64,000 nucleotides of DNA from the IMG/VR virus record IMGVR_UViG_3300030108_006260, positions 176,444 to 240,443 of that record; one strand, given 5' to 3'. Shown here one piece after another: positions 46,175 to 56,034 of the stretch. Position numbers and translations under genes: made by a program. Position 1 is the first letter of the stretch. Each line of letters opens with the position of its first letter. Below the pieces are notes generated by a model, which had not been told where the DNA came from, searched no databases, and saw only the letters and a program-made list of their open reading frames with translations.

Positions 46175-48412
46175 ATGATAAGTAAAATTCAGAAAGCCCA
46201 AGCTAGGGTAGATAAAGCTGTACCTGACAGGTACCAGGTTGTTGCTCTCGAAGGCGAAGGAAAGCAAAAGAAAGCTACCGTTTTAGATAAAGAAAGGGAA
46301 GTACAGTTTACTTATGACTTAGATTCCCTAGTCAAAAGACTCAGGAAAGATCCTTCCCTAATCTTTGGTAAGACCGACGAAGAAGACATAGAGGAAGTAC
46401 AGCAGCGTATAAATTCTATTGTTAGCTGGTACAAAGTAGTAAGAGTACTTCGTGAAGAAAAGTACCCAAGAGTTCATCTAACTGACCTTAGATGCGGAAC
46501 CACATTTAGTTACATCCTAAATCAATTTGTATCAAATCTTAAGAAGAACCCAGATAGAGTATTCTTTTCTGCTAAAAGAGGAAATGTACTTTCAGTAAGA
46601 AACAACAAAGACCCTTTGCTTTTTCAGGCACAAGAGAGACTGAAGGAGGCAGGAGGTAAAAATCTTAAAGTTATATCCTACGATACAGAGACTGATAAGG
46701 CAACTATTCTAGACGAGGAAACAGAAGCGATAGATTCTTTTTCCTTTAAACACCTTTTATCAAATCTTAGAAGAGGAACCTCTTCAGGTAGGATAGAGAG
46801 CCCCCTATCAAAAGCCAGGATAATTGAAACCCTTACGCCTGGCCGTTTTACTATAATAGAAGCATTTTCAGATCGTCTATCAGGTAAAACAATCGTTGTT
46901 ATTCGAGACAAAGAAACAGGAGTCCGGTATAGAAACCTACTTTCCTATATTAAGTCTGCTCTAGAGAAAGATCCCTCTTACGTATTTGGGAGAACTCAGG
47001 ATGAGATTAACGATATCAGGAAAAGCACGAACTTGGAGCGACACGGAGTCGAGTTTCCTCTTCAGTCGGATGAGATAAAGGAAAAAATGAAGAGGACGCT
47101 CCAAGAAAAGTATGGAGTGGATAACTACTCTCAGACAGATGATTACGTGGAGTCGTTCAGAAGAACGAGCCTAGATCGCTATGGTGTTGAACACCCTATG
47201 AAATCAGAAGAAATTAGAAAACGGGCGATATCTAATTCATTAGAAAAGTACGACGGGATACACCATACTCAACACCCAGATGTCGTGTCTAAGATCCGAT
47301 CCACGAACCAAGAAAGGTATGGTGTAGACACTCCTCTGGAATCAAAGGAGATACAAGAAAAAGCGCTTAAGTCCCTTGAGAAGAACTGGGGAGTGACCAA
47401 TCCCCAGTTGCACCCTGACATTAGGGAAAGGACGTTCCAGACCAACGTAGAGAACGGTCGATTCACTTTATACGAGGGAAAAACAGTCCCTCAGATTGCA
47501 GATGAAATTGGATCTGGGATAGGATATGTACGTAGGCTCATATCTCGATTAGGGTATGAAGGGGCCAAACCTCTTTTCGATCAATATGAGCCAGGAGGTT
47601 CAACCCTTACACGATATACAGTATCTTTGTTCGGGGACAGGGACAATCTAATTGTAGACCGTAAACTAGAGGGCACTTCCTTTCGTCCAGATCTCTGCTT
47701 CCCTGAAGCTAAGGTCATCGTAGAAGCAGACGGACTATACTGGCACAGTGAGGGATCTAAGACTGAATCGTGGAATCCTAACTCCACGTACCATAAGAGA
47801 AAGCTCAAAGCCTATGAAGATGAGGGATATCGTGCTCTCTTCTTCCGTAGCGATGAGATTTATGAGAAGCCCGAAATCGTCAGAAGTATCACACTGAATG
47901 CTCTTGGAGAAAACGAACGTAGAGTCTTTGCGCGCAAGTGCTCCATCCAAGAAATCAGCCCTGACTTCTTTGACAGAGTACATCTTATGGGCAAAGGATC
48001 GGGCAGATGTTACGGACTCGTTCTTGATGGTGAAGTTCAGGCCGGTATCCAGGTTAGGTGGGTCAAAAAGAAGGCAAAACTACTTGATGTAAGTAGATTT
48101 GCTACCGCACCTTCTACATCAGTTGTAGGAGGATGGTCTAGGCTCATCAAGCACGTCTCTAAAGTAGAGAAGCCGCACACTATTCAAACCTTCATCGACC
48201 GTAGGTACGGGACGGGAGCGCATCTATCTTCACAGGGGTGGGTAAAGAGGACAGAAGAACCTAGCTTCCGTTGGACCGATGGTATTATGTCCCTCCACCG
48301 CATGAAATTTCCTGGTAATACAGGGTATGAGAACGGGTTCTTTAAGATATGGGACTGTGGTCAGGCTAAATGGACGTTATCTTTACCCAGTGGACACCTC
48401 GACTCGAATTAG
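46175..48412 (+). CDS. Free-standing Hef-like homing endonuclease 1 (repeats + Vsr-like nuclease + GNAT/Mom-like domain)
   Basis: TNLERYGV-type repeats; FRPDLCFP...VEADGLYWHS nuclease; RVFARKC...HLMG...SRFAT...VVGG...WDCGQ C-domain. Confidence 0.75.
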   Translation: MISKIQKAQARVDKAVPDRYQVVALEGEGKQKKATVLDKEREVQFTYDLDSLVKRLRKDPSLIFGKTDEEDIEEVQQRINSIVSWYKVVRVLREEKYPRVHLTDLRCGTTFSYILNQFVSNLKKNPDRVFFSAKRGNVLSVRNNKDPLLFQAQERLKEAGGKNLKVISYDTETDKATILDEETEAIDSFSFKHLLSNLRRGTSSGRIESPLSKARIIETLTPGRFTIIEAFSDRLSGKTIVVIRDKETGVRYRNLLSYIKSALEKDPSYVFGRTQDEINDIRKSTNLERHGVEFPLQSDEIKEKMKRTLQEKYGVDNYSQTDDYVESFRRTSLDRYGVEHPMKSEEIRKRAISNSLEKYDGIHHTQHPDVVSKIRSTNQERYGVDTPLESKEIQEKALKSLEKNWGVTNPQLHPDIRERTFQTNVENGRFTLYEGKTVPQIADEIGSGIGYVRRLISRLGYEGAKPLFDQYEPGGSTLTRYTVSLFGDRDNLIVDRKLEGTSFRPDLCFPEAKVIVEADGLYWHSEGSKTESWNPNSTYHKRKLKAYEDEGYRALFFRSDEIYEKPEIVRSITLNALGENERRVFARKCSIQEISPDFFDRVHLMGKGSGRCYGLVLDGEVQAGIQVRWVKKKAKLLDVSRFATAPSTSVVGGWSRLIKHVSKVEKPHTIQTFIDRRYGTGAHLSSQGWVKRTEEPSFRWTDGIMSLHRMKFPGNTGYENGFFKIWDCGQAKWTLSLPSGHLDSN

Positions 48413-49193
48413 GCTACTGGTCCTTGCTCAACAGGACTTGTCTAAGGTAAAGAAGAATGACTGGATCACTGTGTATCACGGTACACCTTTATTCAGACTA
48501 CCGCAGCTTATCAATGGATTTGATGCTACTGCTTCGTGGAAACGAGACTATAGAGCAGGGAAACACCCAGGTCTTTTCGTTACTACGGACATGAATACTG
48601 CGAAGAGCTTCGGTGGTGGTGCTGTTATCGAGATCAAGGTTAGGGCCAAGAACCTTCATGGCACTGATTACAGCGGAGACATAGGTAGGGATCAGGAGAA
48701 AGAGGGTAAAGACCACGATTGGATCCGTAGAAAACACCCCGAAAGCTTCAGACCGTACCTAACCTATACCATGAATCAGGAACATGAGCCCCAGGCCCTG
48801 CTCAGGGGAATAGTTAAGCCTAGTCAAATTACTCGTGTATGGATAAAGAGGCATAAAACTAAGGAGTGGGAACAATTTACACGAGAACAGTTCCTTAAGA
48901 GACAGGAAGTATTCAACAAGCAGTACTCCAAAGAAGAAAAATTCCAGGATGCTGGAATAGATCTTTCTAGTCCTAAACTTAATCTCCGAGATTTTGTATC
49001 CGCCTACAGAAAGTTTCATGGTTCCCCAGGAAACGAGGACAGGACTATTGAAAAGCTTGTATTCTTTGGAAAGAAAGATCCTTCTCGTGTTCGAGAAATA
49101 CTATCCCAGATGAAATTTGGAGGATCTAGTCTTGGTGAGCGCGCAGTAGAGAACCTTCTACGCCAAGTTATGACACTTGTACGGTCTTCATAG
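48390..49193 (+). CDS. ADP-ribosyltransferase-fold protein
   Basis: TVYHGT, GLFVTTDMNTAKSFG, AVIEIKV, EHEPQAL; likely GTG start at 48390 (MDTSTRIRLLVLA). Confidence 0.6.
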   Translation: MDTSTRIRLLVLAQQDLSKVKKNDWITVYHGTPLFRLPQLINGFDATASWKRDYRAGKHPGLFVTTDMNTAKSFGGGAVIEIKVRAKNLHGTDYSGDIGRDQEKEGKDHDWIRRKHPESFRPYLTYTMNQEHEPQALLRGIVKPSQITRVWIKRHKTKEWEQFTREQFLKRQEVFNKQYSKEEKFQDAGIDLSSPKLNLRDFVSAYRKFHGSPGNEDRTIEKLVFFGKKDPSRVREILSQMKFGGSSLGERAVENLLRQVMTLVRSS

Positions 49194-49228
49194 GATGTAT
49201 CCTGATACCGTTTCCATACTAAGACAGT

Positions 49229-49606
49229 ATGTCAGAAACCCCAGGTACTTCTTTAACCCACGTAAAAGTGGGAGACAAGCTAATTGTAACCGCTTCCAAG
49301 CACTGGCAGCCTCCCTATAAAGTAGTCATTGTCTCCAAAGTCGGAAGAAACTGGCTTTACGTAAAAAACTATAGGGAGGGAATGGTTGTTTCAGAATTCT
49401 CTAAGGGAGACAGAGGATTTTCTAGGAAAGATGGACGACCTAAGGTTATTAATACGGGCAAAGCTCATACGATTGAGAAATACGAGTACGATCAGAAGTA
49501 CGCAAGCCTTCTGAAAAAGGCCCGAGGAATCCTATCATCACCTAACCCGAAGGTAAGTCTTGAAGACCTGAAGTCTTTTGTTTCTTCCGTTGAAGAAACT
49601 TCTTAA
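49229..49606 (+). CDS. Hypothetical protein (SH3/KOW-like)
   Basis: VKVGDKLIV...VSKVGRNWLYV. Confidence 0.55.
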   Translation: MSETPGTSLTHVKVGDKLIVTASKHWQPPYKVVIVSKVGRNWLYVKNYREGMVVSEFSKGDRGFSRKDGRPKVINTGKAHTIEKYEYDQKYASLLKKARGILSSPNPKVSLEDLKSFVSSVEETS

Positions 49607-49746
49607 GTTTGTAAAAAAACTATAAGTTTAGTCACTTAGATAAAAAACCTATTAGTGTTGTTATCTAAGTGCTGCACGTAGTGCATCGCTTTAGTCTTAG
49701 TAGTAACTTTATTGTTCCTACACCCCAAGAGCGAGTCTATTTCCTT

Positions 49747-50820
49747 ATGGTTTTCCCTTCAAATCACACAGAACTACGAAAGCGTCTCCTATTTATTGCA
49801 GAGGCTGTTACTGTAGGACCTTCGATTGTTCGAAGGATCAAGATGAAGTTGGAAGACGAGGGAGAGGAGTCCTTGTCTCGACGAGAGAAGGCTATCCTAA
49901 ATAGGGCCCGTAAGGTTCATGATAGACTCACGAGTGGTAACATCGACCCTACATCGGAGACGATGCCTGCCCCCGATAAAAAGAAAAACTACGAGCACTT
50001 CAGGGAAGCGCTTGAAGAAGCAGGCATTGAAGTAGATCGTATGTCAGTTCCTGACATGATTGATCTTGTCAAAAAGAGTGTAGAAAAAGATCCTCTGACA
50101 TCATCTGACCCCGTACGTAAGACGATGGGGTCCATTAGCAAGTTCAGGAAACTACTTCTTGTTCAGAAGATGGGTCTTCCTGCTGCTATTAAGGACCTAT
50201 CCGAAGCAAATGACGAGAACATGAGGAATACAGCTTCAAAACTGAAGCCTCTTGTCTCAAGTATCTTAGGTCCTGTAAGCTTACTTACAGACCAACTCCA
50301 GGATATTTTTGATATGCTGGACGGCATTGATGGTAGAGACACTAAGGTTATCCGTAAAGCGTACTCCATGCTAAAAGAGGTAGAGTCTACCTACCGCAAC
50401 TATGGATCTGACATAAACGAGCAGCTTGCACCCATTAAAAACAAGCATGAGAGAGCAGCACAGGAGATTACTAAGGTACTTCGTGTTCGCTACAAAGATG
50501 CTATGCAGGAAATGAGGGAAAAGGGAGCTTCCCCCGAGCAGGCAGCAGAAGGCGCAATGAGCCTTCCTGTTATTCGTAAGTTGAAGTCACAGGCAGAGAC
50601 AATGAAGGCTCTGGCGTCCGGTGTGGACTTCGTATTGCAGGAGTTCTCCCACAGGTTCGTAGAATCAATGAAAAGTTTCAAGGAACTAAAGTCTGACTTT
50701 AGTTCCTTGTTGGATAAAAATGTTTCAAAAGTAGCTTTTGTTCCGTCTTTATCCGAAAGATTACGTAAAGTGTCTAAAACATTAGTCACTTTGCGGTATT
50801 TATACAATACGTCACATTGA
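49747..50820 (+). CDS. Helical hypothetical protein, putative internal head protein
   Basis: ATG 49747; LRKRLLFIAE leader and C-terminal LSERLRKVS. Confidence 0.55.
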   Translation: MVFPSNHTELRKRLLFIAEAVTVGPSIVRRIKMKLEDEGEESLSRREKAILNRARKVHDRLTSGNIDPTSETMPAPDKKKNYEHFREALEEAGIEVDRMSVPDMIDLVKKSVEKDPLTSSDPVRKTMGSISKFRKLLLVQKMGLPAAIKDLSEANDENMRNTASKLKPLVSSILGPVSLLTDQLQDIFDMLDGIDGRDTKVIRKAYSMLKEVESTYRNYGSDINEQLAPIKNKHERAAQEITKVLRVRYKDAMQEMREKGASPEQAAEGAMSLPVIRKLKSQAETMKALASGVDFVLQEFSHRFVESMKSFKELKSDFSSLLDKNVSKVAFVPSLSERLRKVSKTLVTLRYLYNTSH

Positions 50821-50914
50821 GTCCCTCCGTGACTCGGGTCCTGGCAATGGTGCGAGGCCCCAAAACGCTCGGAGGCCCACTCCCCAGTTTACTGGGATAA
50901 AGGTCAAAGAAAAC

Positions 50915-51844
50915 ATGGCAAAGCAAGACGCAGCAGCCTTACGAGCAGCCCGACAGAAGCGAATCGCATCGCGGACAAAGGGCACACAGTCTAATCCCGC
51001 AACCAAGACCGCCGCACCCACCGAGAAAGCGCCTGCGACCGCTCCTTCGGTACTTACCGCAGCAGTTTTGGACCCTCAGTCCGTAACTAAGACTGCCGAA
51101 ATCGATCTCATCGGTTACGGCCAGGCCCAGGATCCTTTCTGGGTTGTCCTAGCTAACGGTCGTCCTGTAGCTGAGATTCGTCTCAGCGATCAGGAAGATC
51201 CCTCTGGGATCGCCAAGCTCTTCGTGGGAGAGCAGTACGCCGCAGGCGTACGTGAAGCTGCTAAGCAGTTTCCATTCTCTGAGGTTCTAGAAGGTGTTCG
51301 CGCCCGTCCCTACCAGGCATCGGTTGCCACGGATGACGCGTACCGCACCATCGAAGCCAAGCTTACCGAGAAGCACGATGTTGCTCTTCGTGAGGCAAAG
51401 GCAAACGTCAGAGACGACATGTCCAACATGTTGAACCTCGTAGTTCTTGCACAAAACAAGAACTTCCTCCGCGAGAATCCTCTCAAGGACGAGCTTTTCC
51501 GTCGCATGGCGTCGGCAGGCATCGAGGACAGCAGGGCAATCGCCCTTATTGAAGGAGCCTTCCAGGCCCGAGCACCTGAGCACTTCGAAATCTGCTTCAA
51601 GCAGGCTATGAAGTGGATGGATCTTACTCCTCAGGCTCTCGGTGAACTTGAGGAGCAGATTAAGGATCTCGGATACCGTCAGCCTGTTGCTGCCGCTTCT
51701 GATGAGATTCGTGCAGCTTCTGCTGCTGCCCCCTCAGGCTCTCATAACGTCCCTCTCTACACCCGTACCGCAGGTAGCAATGCTGCTTCCAGCGAGAAGG
51801 AAGACATGAGGGCTGCTATGGGATTTGGTCGCCGCCAAAACTAA
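50915..51844 (+). CDS. Putative capsid scaffold protein
   Basis: Ala-rich helical protein with strong codon bias, just upstream of decoration and capsid genes. Confidence 0.5.
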   Translation: MAKQDAAALRAARQKRIASRTKGTQSNPATKTAAPTEKAPATAPSVLTAAVLDPQSVTKTAEIDLIGYGQAQDPFWVVLANGRPVAEIRLSDQEDPSGIAKLFVGEQYAAGVREAAKQFPFSEVLEGVRARPYQASVATDDAYRTIEAKLTEKHDVALREAKANVRDDMSNMLNLVVLAQNKNFLRENPLKDELFRRMASAGIEDSRAIALIEGAFQARAPEHFEICFKQAMKWMDLTPQALGELEEQIKDLGYRQPVAAASDEIRAASAAAPSGSHNVPLYTRTAGSNAASSEKEDMRAAMGFGRRQN

Positions 51845-51876
51845 TAACCCAAGTCTATTTTTAGGAGAGACAAACA

Positions 51877-52587
51877 ATGGCATTCGATACAACCCGATCA
51901 TATTTCAATGATCTTCGTGAACGTCCCGTAGCTGATGGTGCTTCCGTCAGCGAAGAGGGACAGGTTCTTGTGTACGTTACTTCGGGATCCGGCTCCCTTG
52001 CTGTTCAGCCTTCGGCTGGTGCAGCTAACGAGCGTGTCGCTGGTTTCGCTATCACAGACGCCCTTAAGCTTGTTACCAAGTCTGTAGTCGAGGAGCTTGT
52101 CGTTCCCACCGGTGGTGGTACCGTCGACCTTCGCAACCAGGCACTCGTAACGGGTTCCACCCGTGCTTACGATGTCACCGCCGCTGGCGCTCTTGCTCTT
52201 ACCGGAGCAGCACCCGCAGCTGGTGAGTACCAGCCTAACCTTGCCCAGGGTACAGTAACGTTCAACGCTGCTGAAGCTGGTAACACCGTTCGCGTCTTCT
52301 ATCGCTACAGCCCAACGCTTGAAGAGATTCTTGCTACGGACCACGAGCGTCCCATCAACAACCGTGCGCAGGACTTCTTCTCCTCGGTTTCCGTTGGCTG
52401 TCTAGACGGCGAAATCTTTACGACAATGTATGACACGAGTCAGACATACGCCGTAGGAGCTACCATTTACTCCGGCGCTGGTGGTCTATGCACCGCTGCC
52501 GCAGGCGGAACAGCTCTTGGCTTCGTATCCCAGGAGCCTTCCGTCGCTGACGGTCTTCTTGGTGTGAAGTACGCTAACCTTAGCTGA
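51877..52587 (+). CDS. Head decoration / minor capsid protein
   Basis: Strong RBS, Ala/Gly/Thr-rich beta protein, TTMYDTSQTYAVGATIY...G.V...P (beta-tulip-like). Confidence 0.65.
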   Translation: MAFDTTRSYFNDLRERPVADGASVSEEGQVLVYVTSGSGSLAVQPSAGAANERVAGFAITDALKLVTKSVVEELVVPTGGGTVDLRNQALVTGSTRAYDVTAAGALALTGAAPAAGEYQPNLAQGTVTFNAAEAGNTVRVFYRYSPTLEEILATDHERPINNRAQDFFSSVSVGCLDGEIFTTMYDTSQTYAVGATIYSGAGGLCTAAAGGTALGFVSQEPSVADGLLGVKYANLS

Positions 52588-52593
52588 TCTAGC

Positions 52594-52649
52594 GCCGCAA
52601 TCGCGGCTTTTTGGGAATGGCCTCGCTTTATGCGGGGCTTTTCTCTTTT
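52594..52649 (+). terminator. Two tandem rho-independent terminators
   Basis: GCCGC-aatc-GCGGC-TTTTT and GCCTCGC-tttat-GCGGGGC-TTTTCTCTTTT. Confidence 0.75.
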
Positions 52650-54174
52650 AAACCACACGTTCCCACCTGGCCTGACCACAGTCCCATATCTTAACCAGTC
52701 CCTCCTCATACCCAGATTCTTTAGGGTATCGCATACGATGAAATGTAGACCTCAAGTCTGTCCATGCAAAGGAAGTATTTTCACTGAGTCTTTTCCACCC
52801 TAGACTTTTAAGGTATTTTCCGTCTCCATACCTTCTATCTACGTAGGTTCGAATAGAGTTCGGAGACTCTTTATTGATCACATGTTTGATTAGCTTACTA
52901 AATCCGCCTACAACAGAGTATCCAGGTGCAGTACAGAATCTAGAGATGTCCATAAATTTTTTATTTCTTGTAATCCAACGAACTCTGATTCCTGCCACAA
53001 CCTTTCCATTGTGATAAAGGCCGTATCTTCTACCCATACCCCTACCCATCAAGTGGTTGTTCTGGAAGAACTCTACGGGGGCCTCATCTACCGTTGTGTT
53101 CCTGGCGTATACTCTAATGGACTTCCCTAGTTTATTGTCTATAATTGATTTTACTACATGAGGAGAATTTCGTATCTCGTCACCTCTGAAGAATAGGCTA
53201 TTCACTCCTACTTCATCGTACAATACCTTTTTATCTCTGTGATATTCTGATGAGCAATTTAGTTCACTATGCCAGTATAGTCCGTCGCACTCTACTACTA
53301 GGTTTCTTTCGGGTATGTAGAAGTCCGGCTTGAAAGATGTACCAGAGAGCTGCTTGTCTCTCACCACATTAAATCCTTTGAAGAAAGGAAGAACCATTTC
53401 TTCTAATGACGATCCTTTCTTTGGAGATGATACAATCGCATGGATTTGTTCTCTGGAGTAGTTTCTTTTAAGGAAATAAAGGTGACTCTTAGAGTACCCT
53501 GTACTTTCTGCTACGTCATCCACTTTTTTTCCCAATATACTTACAGGTTTACGAGGATTCCACGTCTCGTTTACGAGCATGCTTCTCAGCCTGTATGATT
53601 CTTCGGATACAGTTACATCCGACACATTATCAGTGACTGTAACATAGAACCTATTTTTGGATCTCCTAACGCTCTTTACTGAGACACGGTCCTTTGAAAT
53701 TAGGTCATATTCCTTTTGCCATTTGTCCCTAAGACTATCTTCGTCAGGTATAAACCTGTGGCTTTTATTTTTGGAAGATTTTACGAAGCTCTTCCAATCG
53801 CATTCAAAGTAGTACTTGTGCAACGCGTCATAGAACCTGAACCGGGGGTTATCGCCTTCTTCTCCTAGGCTCTCTTTAATGGAATACCTCAAATGGTCCG
53901 TAGAACTTTCTTTAATGTAGGCATTGTGCCTAGCAATTATGTCTACTGCGTTCTTTGGCCAAGTTCTATCAGGATTAGACTTTAATGCCCTATAAAAAGA
54001 ATCCCAGGCTACCTTTATTGTGTAGTCTTCGTACCTGTCTCTTATCGTAACCGTGTGTTTCGTCCGTATTCTTTGTCCCTCACGAACTTCTTCGCTGTCC
54101 ACTTGTTTGATAACAAACCTTTGGCGAGACACAGCATCAACTTTTAGCTGTAGATCTTCTATTCTACCAGTCAT
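52648..54174 (-). CDS. Free-standing Hef-like homing endonuclease 2 (antisense in the head operon)
   Basis: FKPDFYIP...VECDGLYWHS; RVYARNT...HLMG...SRFCT...VVGGFSKL...WDCGQ. Confidence 0.75.
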   Translation of the reverse strand: MTGRIEDLQLKVDAVSRQRFVIKQVDSEEVREGQRIRTKHTVTIRDRYEDYTIKVAWDSFYRALKSNPDRTWPKNAVDIIARHNAYIKESSTDHLRYSIKESLGEEGDNPRFRFYDALHKYYFECDWKSFVKSSKNKSHRFIPDEDSLRDKWQKEYDLISKDRVSVKSVRRSKNRFYVTVTDNVSDVTVSEESYRLRSMLVNETWNPRKPVSILGKKVDDVAESTGYSKSHLYFLKRNYSREQIHAIVSSPKKGSSLEEMVLPFFKGFNVVRDKQLSGTSFKPDFYIPERNLVVECDGLYWHSELNCSSEYHRDKKVLYDEVGVNSLFFRGDEIRNSPHVVKSIIDNKLGKSIRVYARNTTVDEAPVEFFQNNHLMGRGMGRRYGLYHNGKVVAGIRVRWITRNKKFMDISRFCTAPGYSVVGGFSKLIKHVINKESPNSIRTYVDRRYGDGKYLKSLGWKRLSENTSFAWTDLRSTFHRMRYPKESGYEEGLVKIWDCGQARWERVV

Positions 54175-54182
54175 GTCATTCT

Positions 54183-54210
54183 ACTATAGCTAGGGTTTAC
54201 TTGCTATCAA
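54183..54210 (-). promoter_or_regulatory. Sigma70-like promoter for endonuclease 2
   Basis: TTGATA-16-TATAGT, 8 bp before ATG 54174. Confidence 0.5.
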
Positions 54211-54266
54211 GCAATAACTCCATAAAACTTATACTTTCTTTGTTTATATCCTGGATGGAATAATCT

Positions 54267-54593
54267 ATGACTGACACTCCAATAGTTGCCCCTCCTTCCC
54301 CTCAATATGTGCCTTCCGTAGACGGTATTAATCTCCCGTACTCGGGGCATGCAGCCAGGAGACGAGCTTCCGTAGTGAACGGATCGTCTGTCATCGACAA
54401 CGAGCTTAACGTCACTGTCTCTTTAAATGTAGATTCTTCTGTAGGACCAAATCCAGAGACAGTCTACATCATAAGAAGGCTAAAGTACGGAAGCTTTGTT
54501 CCAAGTGCAGCTATGCATGTAGTCGGTCTTTCGTTCATTGAGAACTATTCTTTCGCCTTTAGCAGCGGAAAAAGGCCATATAGATTCTATTGA
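54267..54593 (+). CDS. Hypothetical protein
   Basis: 108-aa ORF. Confidence 0.5.
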   Translation: MTDTPIVAPPSPQYVPSVDGINLPYSGHAARRRASVVNGSSVIDNELNVTVSLNVDSSVGPNPETVYIIRRLKYGSFVPSAAMHVVGLSFIENYSFAFSSGKRPYRFY

Positions 54594-54597
54594 TTAT

Positions 54598-54635
54598 GTT
54601 TTGACCTATAATTTTATAAAATTATAGGTCAAAAC
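54598..54635. repeat. Perfect 38-bp palindrome
   Basis: GTTTTGACCTATAATTTTA|TAAAATTATAGGTCAAAAC. Confidence 0.95.
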
Positions 54636-54835
54636 CGTTAAAAGAACTTTTTCTTTTATCCTTATTCTATAAACGTTCCAAGTCTTATACCATTTCTGGT
54701 AACTTATCACCTCATGTGATCCAGAAGCTAGTCTTTAGGAGTGGCATCTCCTCCCAACAAAGGTCAAGTCTGATTTAGCGAAATAATTCGCACATAAAAT
54801 CAAAACTTTTCTAATAAACGAGAGAAAATAAACAA

Positions 54836-55957
54836 ATGTCAAGCCCATACGCTTCTGGTCCCGGTGTTAAAGTAATTCGAGGAACCGATATTCCTGCTAC
54901 CTCGCAGGACGGTCTTCGCGGAGGAATCCGCACCGCTGGCCGCACCATGGTTTCTGATGGACCCGCTTTCGGATCTAACGGAGAAATCAACGCTTCTTCT
55001 AAGCGCGAACTCATGCAGTCGATTGGTCACGTTGTGCACCAGTCTCGTCAGAGTGTCATGACGCGCCAAGCTTCTGCTGAGGTTCAGCAGCAGCGCCTTG
55101 CAAGCCTTCGTGAGGCTTACGCCGACAAGAGCGGAACCAAGTTCCAGGTTCTTGGTGAGGTTATCTCCGAGGAAATCTGGGAGACCCTTGGTCGTGAAGG
55201 TTTTTCCCGTCGTCTCCTTTCCGTTATGCCCCTCGCTAAGGGACAGACCGGTCGAGTAAAGGTACGTCGTAAGGATGTTGTTGCTTATCAGGTCACCACT
55301 GACGTGAAGATCACCGAGCAGCGCATTCGTCAGCCCTACGTATATCCTCCCGAGTTCTACCTCGGTGCCCAGATCCTCATCGAGGACAAGGAAATCGAGC
55401 AGGCATCCACTGACCTCCTTGACGCTAAGTTCCAGGACGGTCTTGAGGCTATCCTTCGTCGTGAGGACCTTATCACCCGCGCTCTTATGACTCGTGCAGC
55501 AACGACGTTCAACGACCTCGTTCTCTTCACCACGTTCAACCCGAGCGTTCTTACAACCCTCCGTACCCAGGTCAACCGCTGGGGTACCCCGGCCGCTACC
55601 ATGGTCATCGCTTTCGACATCTGGGATGACATCATCGCAGACGCCGACTTCGTTGCATGGTGGGACCAGGTCCACAAGCATGAGTTGATCCTTGAGGGTC
55701 GTCTTGGTAGCATGCTCGGAATGGAAATCATCACGGATGGTTACCGCTACGACACCCTCCAGGTTCTTGAGCCTGGTGAGGTCTTCGTTACCGCTTCTCC
55801 TGTTACCGTTGGTTCCATCGTTCAGCGTAAGGAACTCGACAGCCGCGCAATCGACCAGTACAACCTTGGTCGTCCTGCTCGTGGTTGGTTCATGGAGCAG
55901 ATCCAGGGACAGGTGATCGTCAACGGCCGCGCCGTCGACCGTGGTATCCGTGTCTGA
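54836..55957 (+). CDS. Major capsid protein (HK97 fold)
   Basis: 373 aa, strong codon bias, REGFSRRLL, VYPPEF, EAILRRED, GRLGSMLGMEII, RGWFM; followed by a strong terminator. Confidence 0.85.
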   Translation: MSSPYASGPGVKVIRGTDIPATSQDGLRGGIRTAGRTMVSDGPAFGSNGEINASSKRELMQSIGHVVHQSRQSVMTRQASAEVQQQRLASLREAYADKSGTKFQVLGEVISEEIWETLGREGFSRRLLSVMPLAKGQTGRVKVRRKDVVAYQVTTDVKITEQRIRQPYVYPPEFYLGAQILIEDKEIEQASTDLLDAKFQDGLEAILRREDLITRALMTRAATTFNDLVLFTTFNPSVLTTLRTQVNRWGTPAATMVIAFDIWDDIIADADFVAWWDQVHKHELILEGRLGSMLGMEIITDGYRYDTLQVLEPGEVFVTASPVTVGSIVQRKELDSRAIDQYNLGRPARGWFMEQIQGQVIVNGRAVDRGIRV

Positions 55958-55980
55958 TAAGTAGACGCTCTTTTGAGTTG

Positions 55981-56013
55981 AAAAGGCCCAGGTCTCTTGA
56001 CTTGGGCCTTTTT
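55981..56013 (+). terminator. Rho-independent terminator after MCP
   Basis: AAAAGGCCCAGGTC-tctt-GACTTGGGCCTTTTT. Confidence 0.85.
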
Positions 56014-56025
56014 CAATTGTATAGT
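55997..56025 (+). promoter_or_regulatory. Sigma70-like promoter for endonuclease 3, overlapping the MCP terminator
   Basis: TTGACT-17-TATAGT, 9 bp before ATG 56035. Confidence 0.6.
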
Positions 56026-56034
56026 GACCTGTCG

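Noticed and set aside
55885-56034. Track start of endonuclease 3 overlapping MCP (likewise 48327 for the ART and 49669)
   Set aside because: The extension crosses the MCP terminator and own promoter; downstream starts (56035, 48390, 49747) fit better
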